From assembly GCA_964304625.1 (NCBI GenBank), contig OZ199838.1, forward strand, positions 12,653,843 through 12,717,842: DNA of 64,000 bases, given 5' to 3'. This document shows positions 53,898-64,000 of the stretch, one piece after another. This DNA comes from Kudoa neothunni (lineage: Eukaryota > Animalia > Cnidaria). Under the pieces are notes generated by a model that was not told the origin of the DNA, did no database searches, and was given only the letters and a program-made list of their open reading frames with translations. Numbering within the stretch: the first letter of the stretch is position 1; every line of letters begins with the position of its first letter. The position numbers and the translations under genes are program-made.

Positions 53898-54399
53898 TAT
53901 GGCTTTTATAAATTTTAAAGAAGCGCTGCATGCGGTCAGGTTTTGTTGCGCGCGCATCGTAGATTTTAAATCTATCATTTAAATTTCTGCCTACTTTATT
54001 TCATTTAAAACAAGTGTAATATATCGAATTAAAAATGTTTATGCGATGAAAAATTTTTATTTTAACTGAATATAACAAGTTATTTATTCGAATTTTCCCG
54101 TTTGATTATATTATGTAATAATAAATGAAAGTGCCCTATTTTTATATTTTATTTTACTCTGGTATAAACTAATTAAATAAAACAATTACTAAAAAATAAC
54201 TTGTGCATATCACCTATAAATAGGAGTTATGATTAATAAATGAATATCGCGCTGACGCACACCTCTTTGTTGATTAAATTTCATCGTAATAAATAGCTAT
54301 AACTTCAAAAATGTGATGTCAAATGTAGTTAAGTTATGTGTTTTTCGTAATAATTCAACGATATCTTGTTTTGGCCAGTATTCGATATTAGATACCAAT

Positions 54400-55560
54400 A
54401 ACAAATTTAATACAGTAGATGATGGGTCGTTCGTAACTTTTGGTAGATGGACGCGCTTCATTGTTTCAAGTCACACAAAGTAAAAGAAAGTTGATAATTA
54501 AATAAAATTTATTTTTAGTATGAATATTCTGCGTTTTTATGATTAGATAACTCACTTCCTTTTCAATATCCATAGTATATTTGTATTCATTCGAACCATG
54601 CTGGATGAGATATTGTTTAAGTTCGCTTAGGTAGAATTGGACAGTTTTAGAATGTTAATATTTTTATCTATTTATTTTTGAACTCGTAAATATATCTTTG
54701 ATTTCAATATCGGTGACATCGTCCGGATATTCACAAACTTTGTTGATATTTTTATGTTGATCGGAAAGGTTGTCATTCCCGATATCCACAATCCTCGATA
54801 TTATTACATCATTGTTCATTTCATTCATCTCAACAGAAAATTTTAATAAACTTTTTTATCTGAATTATCAATCGCAACAGAAATATTTTTGCGATTAAAT
54901 TTCGCCTTAATAAAACAATTAACAATAGTTGTTTTAGTTATCGAAATCACAAGAACATTATATTAAAAAAGTGCATCCTAAGTATTAGGAGGTACAGGTT
55001 CCATCGAAGCTTGGATGGAAGAAATGTGATGTTTTATCGGATATACTTTTATAGTGGAATTTAAAACGAGTATATTCTGCTCTGATCTATGGGGTTGGAG
55101 GGCACTTGGAGCGTTTTTGGGAAGAAGAATTAATTTAATATTGACCATTCCAACATTACATGACAGCAGACATTGTCTAAAAAACAAAAAAGTCATTTCT
55201 CTATTGTTTTTTACATATTTCGTATTTTTCTTAAACCAAACTACACTTAAATGCGTCAATTACATCATTTTTTTTATTTAAAACAAAACAATGTAGTTAA
55301 AGACAACACATTAAAAAGTTTTGTAATGTATGATTTCGCCACTGCTTTTGATTGACTGTCAAAATAATCGACTATATATTATTTTTCATAAATAAATCTA
55401 ACATTGTTTTGTATTCCATATTCAATCAATACTTTATACAAAAAAATGGGGATTTTTTCACTAATGGTTTATCCTATATTGGTAAAAAAAAGTAATTCCA
55501 ATCATACGAGATGCATTAAGATGTTTATCTGGCACGAATTCTTGTATTAGCGTTTAATAT
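54400..55560 (-). mobile_element. pogo/Tigger-like transposase relic (boundaries approximate)
   Basis: NIKLILLPKNAPSALQP resembles the DDE_1 motif NIKL.FLP.NTTS.LQP; degraded acidic C-terminal region downstream. Confidence 0.55.
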
Positions 55561-55637
55561 ATTTCATTTTCGAGGCTTCAGTTAGATAACGAACGGCCTT
55601 TTATCTAATATATATTTAAAAAAAATTGCGATATTAA

Positions 55638-56669
55638 TCCTCTAAGTTAGCGAAAAATTTCTTCCTTTAAGGGGCTTGGGTGTGAAAAAACACTCCTGGC
55701 TTTTTTTTGCTTAAATTTATTCAAAAAATAATTTTGAATTTGCTACAAAATTTTTTAGTAGATTCTAATCTATAGAATCTGGAGTATATTTACATATATT
55801 ACAACTTAATCTGGTTCGTTATGGTTCGGCTCAATCATCGTGGATTATTTTCAACGAATAATAAGGCCTTGCGTTAAGTAATGTAAAAAAACAAGTTATT
55901 ATCCAACTCACCACTAAGGGAGTGGATATCATCGAAAAATTTCACTGAAGGCACTCATCTTAATTCCCACTCCAGAATGATCCAACTAGTCCAAGCGGTG
56001 TTCAAATAATCCCATTTATTCTATATTACCCCAAAAATCAATGAATAATTATAATAAAATCTCCGACGAAGTATTCTTCAGCATTATAATTCTAAAATAA
56101 ACTTTTTTAGTTATTAAAACCCGATATATGTGACAAAATCGACGTTTCTCTGTCCCATCTGATTGGAGAACCCCAATTAATACCAACGGAAACTTTCGAG
56201 CGATCGACAAAGAATGTCGCATTGGATTAGGTGGGATACTAATTGCAGATTTCCGTGGAAGTTTGTCCATAGAGTTTTACAGGAGTTTCTGATTTAATTA
56301 TTTATAATTTTTCAAGTTCATATATGCAAAAAAACCCCTAGGGTGTCTGTCACGTAGTTGCTAACATTTAGTATTCAATACTAATCGTCCCGGTTCGGTT
56401 CGGTGACACGTGTGTTCAGTTCTATTCACTGCTGTCTTCTCTGGCGCGATTTAAATACATAACAGTGTCTTTCACCCCAAGCCCGTTAGAGGGCACAATT
56501 TTTTTTAGCATGACAACTTATATTCTTGCCACGTTTTTGATATGTCGTACGTTTAATAAATAGAGGAGAAATATCGTAAATTTCAACTTTCTATGAGAAG
56601 GTCGTAGAATTTTATACCCAGATTAAATGTGGTTTTGGGGTGTAATACATCCCAAATCCGTTAGAGGGG
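55638..56669. mobile_element. piggyBac-type non-autonomous relic
   Basis: TTAA on both sides (55634-55637; 56670-56673), imperfect TIR (T/C)CCTCTAA, repeated subterminal CCGTTAGAGGG. Confidence 0.55.
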
Positions 56670-56838
56670 TTAATTATATTTTTGGTTGTAATTAAGAATT
56701 ACAATTTTTTCACACGAAAATTCATTATTGAATTAACTTAATTATATTCAAATTACGTAGATTTTAATAAGATGTTCATTTGTTGAGTTCGAAATTTCTT
56801 TACTAGCCCCTATTTAGATATCTATCTACTATAAAAAT

Positions 56839-57790
56839 CAGGGGTGGCCAAACCGTGGCTATTGAAAAAAATTTTTTTTTAATTCAACCAGCACGTTAAT
56901 TCTGAAAACTCGCAAAGTTTAAACTATTTAATCAAGTGTAGAAATGAATTCTTTAACCGTAAACAGATAATATTTGGCTTAGAAAACATAGTTACACACT
57001 GCCATATAGTTTTAGTTATTTTTATGCAGATTGGAATTATTTCGAGTTTCATTAGGAAATACAATTTGAACTAGTGTTTATCCCTTGCCAGAGTGATAGA
57101 GAACAAAAGAATAAAAGCACGCATTAAAGCTTTAAAGATGATTCATAATTCCAACTCATCAAGCAAATTTTGGAAATATGCTCCAGAAACTAAATACTCA
57201 AAATTAAAGGGAGTTTTTCTTAACTTGTTTCTATGTTTGTAACAAAATTATTATTGTTTGTCTATTTATTCAACGGTGAATGTTTGTAAAATCGAGGCAT
57301 CGCGGATCCCTCCCTCACAAACAAACACCTGACGGAATTAGTTCGTACAAACTCAATAGCATACGAACCAGATTATCGTCAACTCACTGATAACATGGAA
57401 ACACAAAAAAATTGTCGAATGCATCAAATTCATGTGTTATTACTTTATTCGTAAATATTTAATTTCATTTTTTGTCAGACTACCGTACATGATTAAATAT
57501 GAAAAAGATTTTTATTATTGCGTCCCTTTTTCATAGAGAAAAAGTTTCTTAGATCATTAATTACTAATTTACTTATTTGCAAAAACCTTCATAAATTATA
57601 CCTGCAATAATTATAAGTAAGTTTTCCAGCGATTAACTAAGAAAAAATTAAAAAACTTTTATTTATAATTCGACACCATTTTTCTTAATATTTATCAAAA
57701 ATGTAAGTTTAAATAAGGAAGGGGTACATAAATGATTTTAATGCCTTGTGGCTCTTGAAATTTTGGCAACCTTAAAATTGGTTCCCGATA
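56839..57790 (+). mobile_element. hAT (Buster/GTF2IRD2-like) relic (right end approximate)
   Basis: Left end CAGGGGTGGCCAAA. Degraded C-terminal transposase FWKY...KY..LK...SMF...KSRHR.SLTNKHL..LVR....YEPDY..L. Confidence 0.6.
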
Positions 57791-58687
57791 TACATAAAGC
57801 TGAGTTTTTCGTATGTGTGTGTGTCACCAAATACACATGCGCGATAAAAAAAAATTTCCTTATAGAGAGCCATTTATAAAATTTTAAGAAGTTTTTCGAT
57901 GTTTAAAAAACATCATATAATTGATTTCACATCATTAAAGTTTCCAAAAAATATTTATGGAAGTGATTTCGTCGATTTAAAGTTTGTTTATCGGATTAGC
58001 ACCGGTTTATGACCTGCTGACGGTCAGTTCAAGTTAATTTCCTCCTCATATGCTCTATCAAATGTTAATTAAGTGATGTCATCAAACTTCATGCGTGAAG
58101 TTGATGTGTTTATTTTGGTGTGTGTGCAAAATAAACTCCTTATGTCGGGAGTTTTAACGTCGTAGTGAACTAATCATTATTAATCTGCACAAGCAGGGAT
58201 CGGTTTTTAAAAAATTGCTGAACTGTTTCTTTTGCGTAATCAAAAACAAACAAAAATACGATTTTACTTACGCTAAACTGTACGCTTCAAGAGCGAAATT
58301 GGTTCTCGGTGAATTGTAAAAGCGATGTAGCGCCTACTTGGAAACTTTGGAGGTCGCCACAATGGGACTCAAAGAATCTATGGAGATGATAACTGATAAA
58401 AACATCAATGATGCACTAATAATTTGTGATAAATTTGAAAAAAACGATGACACGTGCAAACATCCTAATCCTCAAATTGAAAAATAACATGGAGTTCAGC
58501 CTATAAAGGATTAACGAAGAGACAAACACCAAGTCAACGACCAATAAACTAGACGATACAATTGTTAGCCCATCCAAAATAAAACTTGGTTAATTTCATG
58601 GGGATACAGGGGGTGACGAGTAATACGTAAGCCCTTCGGAACCTGAGAAAAAGTGTGAATTAGCCAACAATGACGGGTAATACGCAC

Positions 58688-59568
58688 CAGGACGTCCAAA
58701 CCTTCGGTTTTTCCCAAAGATCTTTGGAGTTTTCTACTAACCTTGGGTTCTTGGGGGTTTTTTCTCTTTAGGTCAAATCTTGGAGCTTTTTTTGCTCATT
58801 TACAAAACTTGTAGATTATTGAATGTTTTGAGTTCAGTTATAAATAATTTGTTTCAGAATTAAGTAGAATAATCATATTTATTGTTTTAGTAATGAAGAG
58901 AATTCAAATCATTCGAAATTTTTAGAAGATATCACGATCGTGGGAAACACACTATTGTCCAATTTTTGAATAATTATTATTTGATCAATTGTTCTTATTA
59001 TTCTGTGATTGTATTTGGATATTCCAACGCTGTCTTAAAATTTTCTAATTATTTAATAATATATTTTGAAGTTATTGACGTATATTATTTTAAAGTATGC
59101 GTGAAATTTCAAACGGAGGTCAAAAAAGAGCGTGGGGTAATATGTGCTCCAATCAAGATTGGTTAAAAGTTGATTTTAAATATTGGCTCGATCGATTTGC
59201 CAACGACAGAAATTCCACCTACTGCAAATGTTAAACGAATTTTTTCATTAATGAACGCAGTAAAAAACTAAACAAACTAACTCATTCAAGGTTGAAAATG
59301 TAAAATGTAAACTTCTTGCAAAGCAGTCGATCAGAAGAAATAAACTGACACATGATGTGAGAAGCGGTGTCGCGAGCGAACGATACCTTAACGCTTGAAA
59401 AATTGATCAAACTTGTTAGTTGAGGGATGTGAAGTTGATGAAGACGATTCGATTGACAACAATAATTAGAAAACGAGTTTAAAATAAAAATATTAGTTAT
59501 TTTAATAATATTATTGTGTTTTCTTTGTGATCTTGGATTTTTCCCCGATAGTCTCATTTGACGTCCTG
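58688..59568 (+). mobile_element. Non-autonomous hAT element (family B, copy 2)
   Basis: TIRs CAGGACGTCCAA / TTGACGTCCTG; ~0.9 kb similar to 46131-47057 with long near-identical stretches; TSD not preserved. Confidence 0.88.
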
Positions 59569-60186
59569 TGTTAGGGGAAACACAGCGAGCACGATTGAAT
59601 TCACCGGAGGGCTGGATTTGGTCCGCGGGCCGTACTTTGGTGACCCCTGGTTTAAGATTAAATTTTACCGTACCAATGGTCTCTGTCTCAATAAACTTGG
59701 TCGTTCGATCATTAAAAAGGTTAGGAAACCCCATTTAAACGCGTTCTACTAGCTGTGGAGATTTTAATTATCAAAATTATATTTTTCTAAGTTATTAAAC
59801 CCCGCTACTTAATTTAACTAAAACATTCATTTGCAGTTTTTTTAATTCTTCGTATAATCAGGGGATTCATCTCTGCCTCAAACAATTTAAAAACTACCCC
59901 CAAGTCAAATGAATATTCAAGAAAGAAAAAATTTTCGTGTCAATTATCTCATCATCTATAACATTAGCTCGCCAATAATTCCTCATATTTTAACACACCC
60001 GGCATCAAAACAACAAACATAACTTCCATCCATTCATCTCATCAAAAATTTACCAAAACATAATTTTACATATTTATAACACGAGTTAAATAGAAATATG
60101 AAAAAATTTGAGATTGAGGGGTGATGATAGATAAAAATAGTAAGGTTAAATTGGCCAGTTACTATGGTTATATAACTTGGTTGGAA

Positions 60187-60760
60187 TCAAGACTTAGAAC
60201 CGGATTTGGATTTGGTTTTGACCACAATAACAACTAAAACACATTATCAGATATTCGATCACCACTAACAAACACTCACCAATAATGATGGCAATCACAG
60301 TCAAGATCAATACAGCAAGAGCAATAGTCATTCGCTTTCCCTGCCAAAAATACTTTCTTCTTAATTTTGTAGTGTTGGTTTCAAAACGAGCAGCCCCAGC
60401 TTGAAGTGCATCTATACACAGCATAATAAAATTATAATTTCATGTTAATCGGCATATCGATGGTTATTGGATAGGGAAAAATTACCAGCTCTGGTATCCA
60501 ATTCACTCAATTTAGCATCTCTTTCAAGAACTTTTTGGACATTACCTCTCATCACATTCACAACCTATCGTTTTTGTGTAAAATGATAAGTTAATGGGAA
60601 GATCAGAAGTTGATAGGTTATAAACAAAACTAAAATATACCTCATCCACCTGATTGCGTGTCTCATGTATCATATCATTGTTGTAAGACCTAAGACACGT
60701 ATATGGTAAAAATAACAATCAAAATAAAAATTTAAAAGTGTGCTGATGGTAGTTATACAT
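60187..60760 (-). CDS. Synaptobrevin/VAMP R-SNARE (VAMP1/2/3-like)
   Basis: M(AT|G split by intron)[65 protein letters not shown], then TM helix and short tail. Confidence 0.92.
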
Positions 60761-61935
60761 TTGATGGAGTGTTCAATAAGCCTTGATTACCGTTCTTTGC
60801 GTGCGCACGTAATCGGATTCCATTCATGGTTACCCTTTTTCTGTATTGTGTATTATAGGCTGATTGATTAAGAGTGCACGAATAAGTGATAAATTCTATT
60901 TTGTTCACGTGTGGTTTGTTTATGTTGGTGTGATCAATTGTGATACCAATGACTAAAGATAATTTGATTTAATTTGGATAATTACTGTATAGTATTAGTT
61001 GAAAGATGATTAACTCTATTTATTACATTACAACCGAAAATATGTCCGTTAGTTAAATTATAATTTAATGTTTTTGAATGGAAGGTGATTTTTTCACCAC
61101 AGCTTCTGGTGTTATTTAATGTACTAGCATGATACAGGCAGATTTCGATAATCCTAAACTTCGAAGCAGACAAAATAAAATACAATATTATAACTCACTT
61201 AGAATGGAATGAGAATATTCCAGATTTTTTTTTGACCTTTTAGAATTATAGGCACAATATTAAATATTAACGAACAAAACATAAATAGCGTCTGTGCGTT
61301 CTCGCGGTAAGAGTTTTTGATTTTGAGTCTATGCTTGCAGGTTTCTGTGATCTGTAAAGCTGAAATTAATTAAATCTATACATGAGCCTACGTCAAACAC
61401 AGCCTAAAGTTCCTTTCGCAACGAGTTAGTTTTATTCAGATTTCGCCAAATATGGTCCAAGATTATTTCTATTGTTACTTTTATTGAATACTAGCTCAAA
61501 AGCTCCACTTCGCGTAGGTTTCCTAGCCCGGCCAAGTAGACTAAAGCCTTGAGTGGGCCAAGATCATTTTAAGTTTAAAGTAAATTAAGAGTATTTGGAC
61601 AAATAGAACAAAGATTCCACAAATAAAATTTTATGTATTTAACTAATATTAAAATGGTGTAGAATCTAAAGATAAACATTTATTAATGAGTTTCTGGTTA
61701 TAAAGTGTAATATTACGCCATATATTTATAATCTATTGAAATACCAAACTTTGGTATGCGAATATATGATCTGCTTGGGTTTCCTGACAGTTAACTGTTA
61801 CGTTTTACATAGTACGTTCACAAAAATGTACGTTTAAAGAAAGTAAACATGAATATCACGAGTTTGCTTTAATTTATTTTAATTTTGTAACTCGTTAATA
61901 TATAAAGTGCGGCAACCAATTAGTTATCTGATAGG

Positions 61936-64000
61936 GGTAATGGTAAAGTATGTGACTCCAGAAAAACACCATCTTGTGCACGTTTTTTCTCGATTTTTCT
62001 TTTACGATTATCAATAATAAATCAAAAGAATACCGAGTGCAAATATCGAGCACAAATTAATTACTTCTAACTTTTTGCCTAATTCCTATTCGACAACAGT
62101 CGGATACACGTGTAATCTACATCGTTTTGCAATAAACACCTGAAAATAGCTGATTATTTGCTTATTTCACAAATTATCCGAAATTTATATTTTATACTAT
62201 TTTTGTTAGCAACGGTATTAAATTTGTCTGCGTTTATTTATCACGTGAAAACCCGCTATAATGGAGCTTTTAAGTTTTAGAGGGGACGATGACATTTTCT
62301 GTTTGATTAATGACCATGATATTTTTTTACGCCTTAATAGTAAGGGGCTATCTAAAATCTGCCCCAGAAAGATGTTTTAAGTGTTGGAATTATAAAACCT
62401 TTACTTTAAAAAAGAGAAAAATAAATGTAAGAAGACCAATGGCCGATACTTCGTGTTACAATAGAAACAACATCGATTATTCCTTCACTTACAACTGTAA
62501 AAAGTACCTATCTTCTGTGAAATAACGATTTAATGTATTTAAGGTGTAAAGCTAGTGTTTCCCCCTCGAACTGGTACCTTTTTCTCTATGGGTTCCGCTA
62601 CCTCAACAACAAAATTAACGATAAAAAAAATATTTAAAATACTTTATTACTGGTCGATGGACAATATCATTATGTCGACCGGCAAAATGATAAATACTTC
62701 CAAACCTACCACTTCTTCATGATTTCACAAGATTAGAAAAATTTGATGGAGAAGATTACGTCATCAAAATTGACGAGACTCTTTTTCACGGCAAGAGGAA
62801 GCATAATCGGGGGTGATGAATGGAGAGCCTATATTAACCTGAATTCACTTAGTTACAGGCATATAAAAAATCAATCACTCAACTGAATATGTCAGAGACG
62901 GTGCCCATACAAACACCATAGAAGCTTGTTAGGGGAGACTTAAAACAAAGTTTCTCCGAATTAAACGGGGTGTTTCATTCCATAATTCGCTCAAATATTT
63001 GTGCGAAGAATGGTTTCGATCAATTATGGGAGAAAAATTTTAACTTTTAAATAATATACTAACAAAAAATTATGTTACTGTACTAATGTAGTTATTAATA
63101 AGTCTATCACATTTTATATAAATGCGTTTTTATTTATTGTATTTAAAGTAATAAATGTCAGAGGACGTATAATTAGAAATTTTATATTAGAAGTTAGATA
63201 TGTAAAATAATAAATTTTTTGTGTTAAATTTTTCGAGTAAAAATAAATCAGGTTAATTGTAATTTATTTTAAACGAATACATTTGATAGTTCCATTCACT
63301 GGAATATTAAAATTGGGAGAAAATATATTAATATTAGTAAGAAAAATTTTAACGTATGGATTTTCATACAACTGGTCATAAATTCAATATATTGCATAAC
63401 ATAGTAGTTGTTGCAAAGAATAACGTTGACATAAAAAATAAACTAAAATTATAAATTATTTATTTTCAAAGCTAAATTATATTTTTAAAAAAAGAAAAAA
63501 ACATTTTGTTAAAATAAATATTTTTTGTCAACATAAGATAAATTAGTGATGTAAATTAGTTGAATACTTTAGGTCGTATTAAATAAAGAAATAAAAAATG
63601 CACGATTTATTATTTGTAAAATTTAATATTTTTTATTAATGTCTTTCTTCAATTTTGTAGCCAAGAATATCAATGTAAAAATAAAAATTTATAAACTAAA
63701 ATCAACAATTATAGATGTGACTAAATGTTTTAAAAGTTAAATTGACATTTAGAAATAAAGATAGATGACACATTATTTCTTAATATTAGATAAGCTTATT
63801 TAGAAGGTTTACTAGGTTAAATTTGGTATTTAAAGCTTAAGAAAATTTAAATAATGGTTAAAATGTATTAATCAGGATAAAATATGCAGGTAATAAGCTA
63901 TTTTCCGGTGTTTATTTCAAAACGATGTAGATTACACGTGTATCCGACTGTTGTCGAATAGGAATTAGGCAAAAAGTTAGAAGTAATTAATTTGTGCTCA
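61936..64000 (+). mobile_element. Merlin (IS1595-like) DNA transposon, internally deleted, with long TIRs; right end runs off the window
   Basis: 62048-62160 is inverted at ~63890-63999. Internal IKIDETLFHGKRKHNRG and DGAHTNTIEAC*GRLK...GVS...KYLCEEWFR are IS1595/Merlin motifs. The probable left end GGTAA fits Merlin GGNRM termini. Confidence 0.8.

Noticed and set aside
56839-59649. One large hAT element from CAGGGGTGGCCAAA to TTTGGTGACCCCTG
   Set aside because: The flanking 8-mers (ataaaaat / gtttaaga) do not match; more likely the ends of separate nested elements.
1-64000. Prokaryotic systems (CRISPR arrays, operons, defence islands), rRNA or bona fide tRNA genes
   Set aside because: The sequence is eukaryotic with spliceosomal introns. 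No regularly spaced direct-repeat array, rRNA or complete tRNA cloverleaf was seen.

Overview
Eukaryotic, strongly AT-rich DNA from a compact animal-type genome. Genes are split by very short GT-AG introns (mostly ~35-60 nt), so the supplied ORF track is largely uninformative and exons were joined by hand. The style resembles a reduced parasitic metazoan such as a myxozoan; this is inference and the organism cannot be named. Tight islands of divergent housekeeping genes (XPO6 3' part, MRPL47, POLR2I/STX5, RPA1/RPS17, CAML-like/EAG-family K+ channel, FCF1/RRP7A, MRPL38, synaptobrevin) alternate with graveyards of DNA transposons (piggyBac, hAT, pogo/Tc1, Merlin, MULE relics, MITEs) and one structured tRNA-headed SINE-like element. 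The most novel-looking item is an intact ~0.9-kaa type-I membrane protein (24915-27925, minus). It is built from about seven divergent fibronectin-III-like repeats, each carrying an unusual four-cysteine motif. Two TE-bounded fragments of a paralog lie elsewhere in the window (23.4 kb, 48.8 kb), suggesting an expanded, rapidly turning-over surface-protein family. Other notable items are a recurrent NRF1-like GCGCA motif just upstream of housekeeping ATGs, two copies of one hAT element inserted near the left end of related pogo-like MITEs, an EAG-like channel with two neutralised S4 charges, and MRPL38 carrying several +1 insertions (probably consensus errors).
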